DNA of 64,000 nucleotides from Paraspadella gotoi (GCA_051294375.1 CM119267.1:6596367-6660366), one strand, 5' to 3'. Numbered from the stretch's first letter, positions 48,601-63,670 are shown. Program-made: numbers and translations. The notes: generated by a model not told the origin, from the letters alone.

Positions 48601-51600
48601 AACTGCTGCATTTCGCGATGATACTCGTCAACTTGGGAATCGCGATCCTCCAATTCCGCTCTGTGGTAAAAAGATATATTAATTAAATAATTAATTAAAT
48701 AATTAATTAAATAATAACCAATAGCAAATGACCTGTATTCCCTCAAAGTGCTATCCCGCTGAGAAATAGCAACTTTGAGTTTTTCGATTTCAGATTCTAA
48801 GAATTCAAAACGAGACGAATCCAAGTCTATGTCCGAGTTGCCCGCTGCGGAAGGAAATAATAAAGATAATTGTCGTGCATTCGCGTTTTAAGTAAAGGCA
48901 CCAATACTAATATTATTATTATTATTATTATTAACCAGTAAAGTTGTGCGTAGAAAATCCGAGCTCCGCCGTCAAGGCGTCCAGACTGGCAGAGGCAACG
49001 AGACGGCCGCACTGCTCTGGCTGCTGCAAAAGAGACTTCAAGTTAACAATCTTTAAACGCTGAGCATTTTAAACCTCAAAAGATAACCTGCGGACCCAAC
49101 TCCCATTCATTTTCCCATTCCAAGTCCTTGGACTCTCGACTTCGGGATTCCTGAAGCTTGTTTTCGCCATCACTCCCGAGAGGCGAAACGACGGACACGC
49201 CCTGTTCGTCGCATTCAGCGTCGGAGGCGCCTTCTTTTCCTTCCTCGGCAATCGATCTGCGACTATCTCTACGGCCGATTTCTTCCTGTTATAGTAGGAA
49301 TAAAATTACTACAATCTTGAACATTTTGTGTCAACGCAGGAATTTGCAAATACATCTATCAAGATCCTCCCATGAGATACCTTTTATATAATTTTTTTAT
49401 TTCAAATCTTACTTCGATTTCAAGCTGCAAGCGGCTCTTTTTCGCGGAGGGCGGCTCGGGAGCGACCTGGCAAAGTCAGAAAGCTTGAGTTAAGTATAAA
49501 AGAGCTAGAAGTACATAATTAAAGCTCTAGTAACAAACTCGCCTCGGCGCATTCCTTCACCACGGTTTCCCGAGACAGACTTGGACGAACGATGCCGACG
49601 TTGTCTCGTCGAGGTTCCGCGATGTACGTTTCTAAAGAAAAAAAAACAAAAAACACGCCATGACAGCATTGGCAAAAACCTGGGTTTTTCTTTAAATAGT
49701 TTTTTTTTGGGGGGGGTTTTTAGGTTTTTGTAGATGTCAGACTGTCATAATAAATATATAATACGTATATAAATATATTTAATAATAGTAATAATTAATT
49801 AATATTAATAATAACTAATTTTGCCATATTTTTATGGTTTTCTTTTGGGGTGGGTTTTTTAATGACAACCCGACGCCATGACTACAATTTCTCATTTCTC
49901 TCTGCTTTTCGGAGTTCTACCCTTGAACGGAGCGGAGCCCCCCTTTCTTTTCGATTTGCCCTTTCGAGAGATTTTAGGAAGAATTTCGGAGTCGGGGCTT
50001 CGACGCGGGGTCACCCGCGGCGCCATCGCTTTTGGAGTAGGAATCCTCGATCGCTTGGTCGCGGAACTGATCGGCGTTGATGAGAACGGTTGAAGAGCGC
50101 CTTTTAAATTTGTTTTTCTATCAGTTCACGATTGAATTTATGAATATTGTAGTCTTAAGCACCCAAACGGGGGCCCTTTAACGATAAAATCTATCCAAAT
50201 TAATATAGATATAATAAACTCGTAAGAAATTGTTGCGAGCCTTAACAGAGCAACGAGTAACCTCTGCTCGCTGACATTTGGACTATCTCTTCCTCGACGA
50301 CCGGTTGCCGCAACTCGTCGGTGAGGTCCTCGGAACCTGGAATCTCCACGTCACTCATCCGGCGCTTAAGCTCGAGGAGAACCGACTGGAATTCCTCGTG
50401 AATTTCGTCGTTGTCATCTTGCGAGGACGAGACTTAAAATTGGGTAAAAATTATATTTACACAATACATTATATAATATATATGTATTATATTAAGTATA
50501 GAAGCTAGATTATTTAACTCATGTTAATCCTAAAACTCAGACCTCCAAATTTTTTCTCGTAATTTTCATCGTAATTATTAGTACAAATGCTATTTTTATT
50601 CCAAACCTGACGGTAAAAGCCGAGCTCTGTCACTGGGTTTGATTCCTTTTACGATGGAGGAAGAGGTCGGAGTTTTTCGTCCTTTGGTCGGAGATTTGCA
50701 CTGACCCCGCTTCGCTTTCGGAGATCTGAACCCGTTAAATGGTTAAATGGAAAAAATGTATTTTACATGCTTCCTCCATGCGTTTTTTTATTTAACTTAC
50801 TTAACTTAACACAATACACAATGGATAGCAAATCTTTCATATTTTTTTTATTTTGTTAGTTGCTTTTACGCCACTGAAGATGACATAGAAACAGTGGAAA
50901 TACAGGGAGATCCAACTCTAAAGGGACTAACTTCAAGTGCTTTCAGCACAAAAAGGTTTATGATAAAAGAAAAAAGAGACTATTTTTGGAAACTAGATTA
51001 AATTTTTTTTCAATCGATATCAAAAAGGTCTGGAAAATCCTACTGTATTGAGAGATTTTTGCATAATATGTAATGATTTTTTTCTCTCTTTCTTTAAATT
51101 TCACCCCTCTTACTTCTTCTTACCTTTCCTCCCATCGGACCACTCTCCTTTGCTCAATTCTTTGTTGGAAACTCTCCCTCTCTCTCTCCCTCACTAACTC
51201 AATGTTAAAAAAAAAAAGATAATGACTTCTGACTTTCGTCCGAACAATTTTTCTGACCGCAATCCCCCCGTTAATAAAAATCTAGGATGGAAAAGCAGAA
51301 TGTCCCATGTATCCTCTCTAGAACTATCAACTTTCTGACAACAAAAATAATGATAAAAATGCCAGCATTCCCAATAGGCGCGGTCGTAAAAGCATATGCC
51401 GCCTTCTCTTAACACTTGGTTGCCAAAATAAAATCTTTTAATATTTTAATTGTGTTATAATTACAACAGTGTAATAATTTTCATTCGATTATTTTTGTAT
51501 TTACCCGTCTAAACGATTTTTTTAAGTTAAAAATTACTCATGATGACATTAAAAAGATAAACGAACCTTTTCTTTCCGGCCGAAGCGACAGTCGGCGCCA

Positions 51601-54390
51601 TCAGACGTTTAATCAACCCTTTCCTGACGAGGGGTGACCCGGATGCTGATCCAGGTGCAGATCCAGGCGCCGATCCGGGAGCTGACCCTGGTGCAGAACC
51701 CGGCGTTGACTCTCCGGTAGGAGGTTTGAATGAGAGATTTTCATCTGAGCGACGGTAGAAAGTAAAGAAAAAAAAAGGTTAGCCCAAAAAATTAACCCAA
51801 TCCAACAGACCAACACCTCACCAATCTCTAGATCATCGGTCTCCGTCCAGGCGTCCTTCGTGTCCTTCGTCAATTGCAGCGACAACGGCGTCGAAGATCT
51901 CTTTTCTTCGAAAACGACATCTGTCTCGCCACCCGCGTCGAATGTCGGAGAATTTTGTCGACAAGTGTGGAAGCTGCTTCCCTCGTCGTGTGTAGAGGAC
52001 AACGCTTCCTCCGCCATGTAGAAGGGGGAGATGAACGAGGGTGACCGGGCATCATCGCCAGGTCTCTCGGTATGCAAAGGCAAAACGAGGTCACCGGGAG
52101 GCGCCGTTTCTGTCTCCACTTGTTCAACGTCGGTGTTGGTGGCGACGTCGATGGTTTCGGTGTAGGAATTCATCGTCGTCGATTCGGTGGATGTCTCTAC
52201 GGCATTTTGACTTTCAGCGTCTTTGGCCGTTGCCCACATGCAGGAATTGGTCGTGGTGGAGACTTCATTCGCTTCGGGCGGAGGCTCGGTACCCACATCT
52301 TTTTCCGCCGTCCACATGCATGAATTCGTCGTAGTAGAGACCGGAGACGCCGTCGGCGGGGGTTCAGTTTCAACGGCGGCGTCTTCGACTCCCATGATTG
52401 ACTGCATGGTCGTGAAAGCCGGAGACATTTCCGGCCCCGCGATGGTTTCAATCTCTTTATCCTCAGTCGGCCAAAAGACCTGTACCCACTGGTCCATTCC
52501 AGGGTTGGCTAGCGAGGATTCCTCTGTCTGGACGTCAATCTCCGTAGTCACGCTCAACGCTTCTCTCATGTCGGCGGCACAAACCTCGCTGTCGACCATA
52601 ACGAGCAGCCCGCACGTGCTCGATTCCTTGTCTACCAAAGCTTGTACGGCCAGAATCGATTTGAAATCTACGGAGTATGGCTCAGATCCCGTGCCAATGT
52701 GCTTGACCTTTTTCCTTTTCATGCCCGTGCCTTTGTCGACCGTGGTTATTTCCATCTGCGTGGCTTCGTCATCCATGAATCGATCGTTAAACTCGAACGC
52801 ACAAAACTGAGTGAAATTTTCGATCATCACGATCAACTCGGAATCGACTTGCGAAAACTTTTCCAACGTTTCGCAGATCTCGGTCGCGGTTTCGACATTT
52901 TCTATACTTATTAATTCTGTATTGGTGGACTGATCCAATTGTTTATCGAATACGTCGGAAAAGAAGAGTTCTGAAATATCGCTGGTATCTGTAGCTTGGT
53001 CAATGACATTAAAATACTGGAGATCTTGTTGTTTTTCTCGATGCGGGCTGAACAGCAATTCGCTCGTTTCCAAATGAGAGCCAACTACATCTTCCCCAAC
53101 AATAGTGGAAATCTCGTAGGTCTCTGTACTCGTGTCAAAGTACTCCGTCGTTTCTGTCTGAGAATCTTTTTCAACAAGATCTTTCGAAAACATCGGTATC
53201 TCTGGTTCAATTAGTTCCTCACACGAGGTTTCCTTATCTTTAACTTTTTTCTTTTTAGTATTCGTGGCTTTTGCAGACATAATTAATTCGACCTGAGTGC
53301 CCATGTCAACGCGAAATGACTGCGTCAAATCATCCATACAATATTGGGTAAACGACTCATTGACTTGGTTCCACGGTTCCTCAACTTGAGAACACTTCTC
53401 CGTAGTTTCGGTTAGCATAAAACATTGCGTCTCTGTGCTCTTTACATTTTCCGATTCCGTACCCACCGATTTCTCAAACCGTTCAACTGGAATTTCTTCG
53501 TTGCATAAAGAAGCGTCGTTGATGAGCTGTTCCACGGTTTCAAAAACTGACTGAAAAAGTTCAAAATCAGAGAACGCGCATTGTGTCGATTTGGATTCGT
53601 AAAAGGACAAATTTCTTTCCTCAGCGACGTCGGTGGATTGAGTTGCAAGGTCCTGATCGGATTCATCGCTCCCTTCCGTCTGGGTCTGTTGTTCTTGGAA
53701 ATTTTTTTCGACGTGGTCGTCGGCGTCGATAATTTCGCTCTCGATGGGGTCGCTTCCGACATGCTTCATTTTCTTTCTCTTTGTATTAGTAGCTTTTTCT
53801 GTCGTCAAAAACTCGATCTGCGTTTCCACATCTTGCTTCTCGGATTGAAAATCTTCCATATACTGGCTACTACCGTCTCGAACGGAACATAAATCAGAAT
53901 CCACTTGTGAAAACTTATCAACCGATTCTGTTTCCAAAGTTTCTCCCACCGTCATCGGGGTCAAATCTGTCGTATCGGTCGTTTGATCGAAGACTTCTCC
54001 GCCTTTTCCCGCAGATTGAAGTAGGTCGAAAGAATCACCAAAGGCGTGAGTTGTTCCCTCACCGGGAGAGTATTGAGTTTCTTTCGATTCCATCGGGATC
54101 CATGGACCGTCACCTCCGGACGCCTTATCCACGACGGTCGGCACGTTGCCATCACATGGAATATTGAGATTGGCTAAGGCTCGTGGCTCATTCGGAATCA
54201 TCAACGCAAACCCGGAAGGATTTACGTCAGAATGTAGTGAAGAGTTCGCTCCTGCCTCCAAAATGGCTTGGGTGACGAGTTGGTTTACTTGAGGGTCGGC
54301 GGATATTTGATTCAGTGGTTGATTATAAAACACCATGAGGCTAGGATTGAGATTCTGTCGCTCGCTGGACTCCATGTTTCCAGCATCCAT
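45649..54390 (-). CDS. Large multi-exon protein: acidic TQT-repeat N-terminus, basic Ser/Pro middle, C-terminal coiled coil
   Basis: First coding exon of ~2.6 kb (54390 to ~51822) followed by ~20 short exons, mostly phase-compatible. The junction near 50430-50610 is unresolved. Heptad-rich segments at 45900-48850. Confidence 0.7.
49664..49872. mobile_element. Intronic hAT-like MITE
   Basis: Flanked by the direct repeat ACGCCATGA (49655-49663, 49873-49881). Imperfect termini CAGCATTGGCA / TGACAACCCG with sub-terminal GGGTTTTT motifs. Confidence 0.6.
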
Positions 54391-54860
54391 TCTTTATGAT
54401 TTTAAAAAGAAATGTTTGTTTTTATTTTAACAAGATACCCTGAAATTGAAAACATAAATATACGAACCATAAAATCCGCAGAGTGAAAATATACATAGGA
54501 ATGTACAATTAAAAATTACTCCCATTCGCTATTTCGATTCAAACGACATTAACGGACGATTCTGTCGATTGTAATTTAGTTTACGCAACGACACTGATAT
54601 TGATTACTGATAGATGGTCTTTGAAACAAATCAGAAGAGACGCAGAAGGGAGAAGCCCGTGATCTAAAACCTTTCCTTAAAATTATATACAATATAAAGC
54701 CTGTCAAAAGTCAGGATAGCTTTTTTATCAAATGAATAAATAATTATTATATTGATTGTACAAATTTCATAAATGTCCAGGAGAATGCAAAGTACAACAA
54801 TTGTATATATGAATTATAAGATTCCATAAAATTAATATTCATTTTCAATGTGTCATAGTA

Positions 54861-55432
54861 GCGGTAGCCGACCAAATTTAAATTTTAATGGGAACAGCAT
54901 TAAACGAATCCATTATTAGTATTAGTTATTGTGTTAAAATATTTTTTTGCAAAAATGTTCCGAACCATGAGTAATTCATTAATTAAAATTATTATATTGC
55001 TATATTTTTTTTATAGATATTTTAAGTTTTTTTAATTGATTCTGATAGAGCTCAAAAAGTTAAACAAAAAATATAATTACAACTTTTTAAATTTTTGATG
55101 TTTTATTATTAAAAATCAGCAAAAACTATTAAAATCATCGGATGATGATGATGAGGATGATTTTTTTAGGTTTTTCCCAATTTTGACCCACTTATCATCA
55201 AAATATTATACTTTGTGTAGACAACTTTTAATAAGCTATCTGAATCTGCTTTTAAAAATACAAAATTCCCAAAAAAATTTTGACATTTCCTATCTATAAT
55301 TAAATATTAAAAAATTAATTACTAGTGCTTCTAGCCATTTTAGAAAATTTTGGTCCATTGAAAGCTTTCTCAGAAATGTATGAAGTTTCATTTGGGAAGG
55401 TTCCCAAATCAAACTTCTGACCCACCCCATTG
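54861..55432 (+). mobile_element. Non-autonomous DNA-transposon-like repeat (GGTAGCCG family)
   Basis: Colinear with 7068-7480 and 17565-18163. Confidence 0.65.
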
Positions 55433-55479
55433 ACAAAGTTTGGCTCTAGTCATAGACAATGTGTCAAAATTTATTTTAA

Positions 55480-55800
55480 ATTTTATTTTAGATTTATTTT
55501 ATATTTATTTTATTAAACACAAGGAAAAAGTCGTTAGGTCGGACAAAGGTCCCGGTTAATAAGGAGATTCGCATTTCCCCTTTGTAACGCTACCCTATCG
55601 TCTTGCATTTTTTGTGGTAAAAAAATTTGAGGAATGGAAGGGCTTCCTTGTCCCATCCTCCAAAGGTTTCCAAGATAAGCGGTTGAAAGTGGATTCCTTG
55701 GGCCTGACAGTTCGCAAAGTGGCCGCGCATTTTACCTTTTCGCATTTCGATGGCGACTGCGACGGCTGTTGTGTTGGCCTGAAAGATGATGCTTGTAATT
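55480..55800 (-). mobile_element. 3' fragment of a CRE-clade (RLE) non-LTR retrotransposon
   Basis: Encodes FQPLILETFGGWDKEALPFLK and, after a frame change or deletion, VALQRGNANLL. An A-rich tail follows. Confidence 0.75.
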
Positions 55801-56198
55801 CGTATCAAGTTAAATGGAATTACATTGTAATTACATTGTAATTTAAAAATTCATATTTTTTTCACGTTCGTTCGGCGTCGCGTAGCTATCGGCAACTAAC
55901 AACTATTACTTCCGTCAGAGTCCGCTTTCGCTCGGCGGGAAAAAGTGTTTAACAAAAGAACAGCGCATAATCTTTGTCGAGGATTTGCGCGAAACTCGAC
56001 GAAAATATTTCTATGATATTTACCTGAACACAGGTTTAGGGAGGCACGTTATGTTATATTCTGGAAATAAGCGGCTAATATTTTCAAAATGCTTGATTTC
56101 GAAGCGTTCTATTTCCCTTTCCCCTTTCGAAAAGTCAGCCCTTCGGAATATGTTCTCTGTGGCTATCACAATCGTGATTATAGCAATTTCATCAACGA

Positions 56199-57827
<1,629 letters not shown>

Positions 57828-58178
57828 TTAATCCGACGAAAGATCGAGAAAAAAAAATCGATTCGATCCGACTTAACCTAAGAAGCCGCTTCCTCTGTAG
57901 GAAAATAAGGTTTATCGAACTTTTATCCGGGGATTTGTTGGAAAATTTCCCCAGGCGTTTCTTTTTCTTCGTAATGGTCGAAATCATGACGAGAAATTAA
58001 AAATTAAAAAAAAAAAAGAAAATAAAAGTAACTCTGTATTTATTTATTCGAAAATAATCCTTAAACTGCCGAGACACTTGGCGAATGTGAACGTGAACGC
58101 GGCTTTCACGAATTTTAAGGGACCTCAGGGATTGGAATCACTTCTTTTTACGTTTTATTACTGACGGTGTATAGACTA

Positions 58179-58236
58179 GTTATAAAAACAACATAACGTA
58201 TTCTTGGTTATAAAAACAACATAACGTATTCTTGGT
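58179..58236 (+). repeat. ~29-bp tandem duplication
   Basis: GTTATAAAAACAACATAACGTATTCTTG(G) occurs twice in tandem. Confidence 0.8.
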
Positions 58237-59183
58237 GTTTATCCGTTGTCATTAAATATCCCTGCCTCCTCGTAAATTGTCTTTTTCCCCAGTGGTTTAT
58301 TTTTTGTATTTTTGTCTGTTTTTATATTGATTTCGTTTTTTTTTTGTTTCGCATATAAGCCCCTACCTGCAGGAAGCGCTAAGCCCATGGATTTCTTTTC
58401 TAATCATGAGTAACGACTGCGTATAAAATTGAGGTAAAGCGGTAAAAGGGGAAGCGGAGAAAAGCGCAGAAGGGTGGGTATGTTAGTAAAAGAAACCACG
58501 ATGAGGATAGATAACGAACCAAGTTCAAGACACAGGAAAGAGACTAGAAAATTCTGACAAGAGAGAGAGGAGAGACGAGAGGAGAGAGAGAGAGAGAGAC
58601 AAGGAGAAGAGAGAGAAGAGAGTCGTCGCTTGACGCTATTAAAAGAATCTAAGCTTCGATGCGTTCGGGGGAAAAAAACGAATCACACAGACCCCCCCCC
58701 CCAAAAAAAAAAAAAAAAAATCCGGAGCAGCCAATATTTATGGGCCTGTCACCTGCGAAAGGTAGAATAATCTTTGCCTCGAAGGAAAGCAGCCGCCAAG
58801 GTGGGTCAGAGCCCCCCTCTCCACTTGGCAGGAAAAGGGGGCGCCCGAACGGAAGGCTGCTGGCGTTCGATAATGGATCACCGAGACAATCTCATTCGGG
58901 TTTATGGCTTTGGCAACAGGAGGGGAGAAGAGGTGAATTGGAAGGGTGGAGGGGGTAGGGGGGGATATTGGATGTCGGTTCGGAGATCGATACGAAATAG
59001 GAGAATTTTCAAAGGTTAATGATAATTGGGTTGAGGGAAGCAGTTATTTTAGTTGTTGTTTAAGTTGTAAAAGTTATTTAAATATTTGTGTGAATTTCAT
59101 CAAGGCTGGCATGGACAATTAATAACAAAAATGCTGTGACTTATTGCCTCCCATTAAATTATCTTCTTTTAATTGCTAAATAG

Positions 59184-60195
59184 TAGGGCGTTGAAAAATA
59201 ACGAAATAAACAAGATCAACGGTACGGTACATAGGCTATTTTTAGTGTAATAAAGTCTGTAGAATTCGATGATAACCATTTTTTTGTATAGACTCATCTT
59301 CTTTTCGGAAATGGCGATTTTTTGCACGCATATAAGGTGCTATTAAAATGTGAGCAACATTGGGAGAGTATAAGAAACTCAAATTATTAAGATTTTATAA
59401 AAGCCATATTTAACTTACATGAATTGAAAATAAAGACCCATATAAATATTTTTGGTAAGTTTATTTTACAAATTTTATTAATTTATTAATAGTTTGATAG
59501 CTTTATTTATTAATAAATAATAATAAAAATAAGCTAAATGAAAAAAATAAAAAAAATTTAAAAATTTTAAAACCGGATTTGAATTCCTTACAAAAAGTTG
59601 ATATAAGAACAGTATAATCTATTTTAAAAAATTCTTTCATTAAGTAGGTAAAAAAAATATTAAAAACTATTATTTTTGTTTTAATTTTTCAATTTATGTT
59701 TAAAAATTATAGTTTTTTCTTAAATTTTGACCAAACTTAATGACATATTTTGAATATAAAAATTATATTTTCTTTTATCAACTTTTTGCAAAGAATGCAA
59801 ATCCATGAAAAAAAATTTTAAATTATTATTTTTTAATTTTAACCCTAATTTTATCATAATTATTAATAAATATAGTTAATAACTTTTATAAAATATAAAA
59901 TTAGAAATAAACTTACCAAAATATTTTTTATAAGTCTTTATTTTTATATTTCAAAACGCTCTATATAAAAATTAATTATTAAAACTTTAAATAATTTTGA
60001 TTTCTATCATAACTCTTTGCATTTTATAACAATTTATATACATTAAAACCCGTCATTTCCGACAAGAAAGATTAATAACTTATACTAAAAAAAATGGTCA
60101 TCACCATCAAATTCTACAGGATCTACATTACACTAAAAATAGCTAGCTTAACCTCACTTTTGATTTGTTATATTTTGTTATTTTTCAACGCTCTA
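59184..60195. mobile_element. 1.0-kb non-autonomous hAT element
   Basis: TIRs TAG(G/A)GCGTTGAAAAATAAC, a perfect 8-bp TSD CTAAATAG and extended imperfect inverted arms. Same family as the 33306 MITE. Confidence 0.85.
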
Positions 60196-61352
60196 CTAAA
60201 TAGTAATTAAGAAATAAGAAATAAGAATAAGAAATTCTTTAAAAACATACATAATATGTATTCTTAGAAGTTCTTGAATATAGCGGCGATTTGTAAATTT
60301 CCCTCTGATGTAATTAAAATTAGAATGAATGAAAAAGTTGCATGTGACATGTTCTGTGATAGTGCCCAAAGAGGCGGACAAAAGCCGTCACGGTTAATAT
60401 ATCACAGCTTATTCAGTTCACTCTAAACGGGCGTCACCGCCGTCTCTCTTGATGGGCGGTCATTTTGATAACGAAGATTTGTGAATCGCCGTTTATCCAG
60501 CGTTGAGAGTCTAGACATTATATCGTGATGCCGTCAGGCGCCGAGGCGTTTGGACGGCGGAGAATGGACGACGGCGATTGGACACCTAAATGAGTCGGCG
60601 TTATTAGCGTTAATAACCTAATCTGAAAAAACCTTGGATATTAATAATAAACTCTTTCTAACGTTTTCGTCACAGGTAAGCTAGCCTTTTTAAAAGCAAT
60701 TTGTTACCTTGCCAGTTGCCACACATGCGGATTAAATAAATTCTCAAGCTGCATATTGTATAACTGCAGAGATTCGCGCAACCGAAGGGAGCAACAGAGC
60801 AAGCACTGAGACGAGCTTCGAGAGAAGATTCGCGACCCCTCTCTCACTACGATCATCCTTCGTTTACTCTAGACCCCTTTCTTTTTCGACCCCGCATTAC
60901 GATAATCACGTGGTTTTCGCGCTCTGATTCGTCCATTTTTATGACGGCCACACGTTAACGATATGCTTCTCGGTTTTACGGTTCAGCTACAAATAAAGAC
61001 TAGTTAGTTTTTCGTTTCAGCGTTAAAATCATCAGTTGTACTACTTAGTTTATAGAAATAGTTTAGATCATACTATGATTGTTATTGTGCATTAATAATT
61101 GTTGTCATAACTTCGAAATGACACTGTTGCATAGCTTACCGATGTTTACCGAACTAGAATTGAAAAATATTTAGTTTTTGATTCGCTGATAAAGGAAAAG
61201 CCCTCGTCATATTTCTCATCAAACCCATTAACATTAACATTCGCATCGATATTGATTTTCCTGGGCATTAAGTAGATTTAGTGACGATCTAACTCTTCAT
61301 ATCAAAATATCTCAGTTGTAAATCGTCATTTGTTGAATACTCAGGGAATACT

Positions 61353-61356
<4 letters not shown>

Positions 61357-61413
<57 letters not shown>

Positions 61414-61475
61414 CCATTTTCCACAAAATAGAGGTGGAGAGAGAGCCGAGGGAAAGAGAGAGATAGAGAGAGAGA
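61357..61475. repeat. (CT)n microsatellite followed by (GA)n tract
   Basis: Directly visible. Confidence 0.9.
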
Positions 61476-62559
61476 ATATTACTCTCTAATGCGCGAAAAC
61501 TCGACCGCGTAAAATTGCGAAGGAAGGAGAGAGAACGACGAAGGAAAAGGGGAGAAATAAGGAACGAGGTGTTGAGTCACAAAATGGCGAGAAGAGATAA
61601 AGAAATATTAAAAAAAACAATATAAAAAAATCTTANNNNNNNNNNGCTTGATAAAAAAATGTAATGATAGTTACTTGGGGAGAAATAAACCTGTCACGAT
61701 AGACTTGAGAATATCTGGAGAATCGGGCACAAGTTACCCGAAACTAAAACGAAATAAGTAGGAGGAATAGAAGGTGGAGTAGAAAGAGGAGGAGGAAAGG
61801 GGGTGAGGGAGAGAAAGAAAACTGAAAACGAAAGAAAGAAATAGTTAAGACGACGACGCCGCCTAAAAAAAAAAAGGGGATAAAAAAGAAAACTCGAAAA
61901 GGTAAAACGGCGCCGGTGGGAAAAGGAGAAGAAAGAAGTTTGGGAAGAGGGAGAAAGGAAAAGCGTCGGGCGGGAAACGTCGTTGAAAGCGCCCAAAAAG
62001 AAGGTGAACGACGCCGGAGCAGACCTACCCCCCACACTGAAAAAAAAAAAACAACGCCGCGGCGAAAGAACAACGCCGAGCCTTCGCTTTAACCGCCGTC
62101 TTTTCCGCCCGAGTCCCATGGGGTGAGGTGAGATTTTTGGGTGAGGTCTCTATCCGCGAGGATCTTAGGTCGAGAGTTGGCGGGGAAAAAATGTTTTTTG
62201 TAGAATAGCTACTACGAAAGATGATACTACTATACACGCTCTCACTCTCAACCTTTTTCGAATAAAATAAATATACGTAAATGAAAAAAAAAGGGACGCG
62301 AGATTCTGAAAGCCCTTGAAAGCTAAACGAATTTTTAGTTAAAAAAAAAAGTCAAACGTTTTTGAATGAGACTTCATTAAAACTTAAATCGGACTCTCCG
62401 TCATTAAATTTTTTGAAGAAAAAAAAGTTTCGTTTTTATTACTCATTGAAGGGTCGTTGAAAGTCTCATTTAAGGCGGATCTGTAATGACTTAATCGACT
62501 TATGAATGCGATTAAAAATCCCCCCCCTCTCTCTCTCACATTATCTCTCATTCTCTCTC

Positions 62560-63110
62560 CCCATCTCTACTTTTCCCCTCTGCCCCCGCACTGCACTCCG
62601 CAAAATTTCCTCGCGCTTCCGCCTTTTTTTAAGAATTCCATCCAGTGACGTCAGGAAGAAAAAGCAACAACGAAAGAAGAAAAAAACCCGGCCGAGGACG
62701 TCACGAGTCGGCATTCTCAACCTTCGACCCGCGCCAGAAACGAGGGCAGACGCGAGAGGGCGCGACTCTCCAGGGGGCGGGAATCCTGGGCCGGGATGAG
62801 AACGCGGGGGCGAAGAGGGGGGGCGGCGAATAAGGGGGGGGGGTAAAAGGGGCCGAGGATTGCGGAATGCCGCGGCGGCGATGCGAAGAACCGACCAATG
62901 GGAAGCGAGGATTTTCTTTCGCTGAGCGAATTCCCTCGGCCGACAATGGCGAATGCGCTGGCAGGGGTGATGGGGGAAAATGGCGTCCGCTGACCGATAT
63001 AATGATGTTCGCCTACATGGGCGAGAGGAATCGCTGACAGAAATAACAGCCAATACTGATTGACGAGCATGGGCACGAGCGTAAGCGTGGGCATGGGGCA
63101 TGGAGCATTC
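62560..63110. promoter_or_regulatory. GC/CpG-rich promoter-like island
   Basis: High GC against an AT-rich background, TGACGTCA at 62646-62653, CCAAT at 62895 and ~63051, G-runs. No convincing coding frame. Confidence 0.35.
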
Positions 63111-63445
63111 CTTAGCGGGACGAAACGGGGGAAAAAAATGAATGTTTTCCAGCTAGAATGACAGGTGGCAAGTTGAGAATGGCGAAATAGCGAATGCCAC
63201 TTTGCAACTATTGTTGACACTTTAAAGCCAAAGCTTTTGAATCTACAGTCAATGTCGGAAAAAGATATCGAAGCTTAGATAAAATATACTTTAATAAATC
63301 GAAATAATAAATATCATATGATTCGTGAGTTTCTATAAAATTATAAACAAAACTAATGTGAAAGACTACTAGAAAAACAACGACGAAGACATGCTTCGCG
63401 GAAAGATAGAAAAAAAAAACACGAGGCGAATCGATGTAGGCGAGT

Positions 63446-63670
63446 ACGACGACGACAACGACGACGACAACGACAACGACGACGACGACGACAACGACGA
63501 CGCTGTCAACGCGAACGCCAAAGACCGTTTATAACAGGAGTATCTCGTCCTAAGTTTATATTTCCATCCTTTTTTTTTTTAATGATTCAAGCGCCAACCC
63601 AAAGACGACGTCGTCGTTGTCGTCGTCGTCGTCGTCATCGTCGTCGTTGTCGTCGTCGTCATCGTCGTCT
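63446..63670. repeat. (GAC)n and reverse-complementary (GTC)n tracts
   Basis: GACGACGACAAC.. at ~63446-63502 and GTCGTCGTTGTC.. at ~63610-63669. Confidence 0.85.

Noticed and set aside
50871-50900. CCACTGAAGATGACATAGAAACAGTGG hammerhead-like motif
   Set aside because: Stem II and stem III are missing; too degraded to support.
51613-51821. C-terminal 70 aa of the 925-aa ORF
   Set aside because: Read-through past a strong donor (G|GTGAGG); the next exon is in another frame.
61694-63220. Several 100-190-aa ORFs
   Set aside because: Low-complexity products of a GC-rich, homopolymer-rich region with no consistent splice phase or domain.
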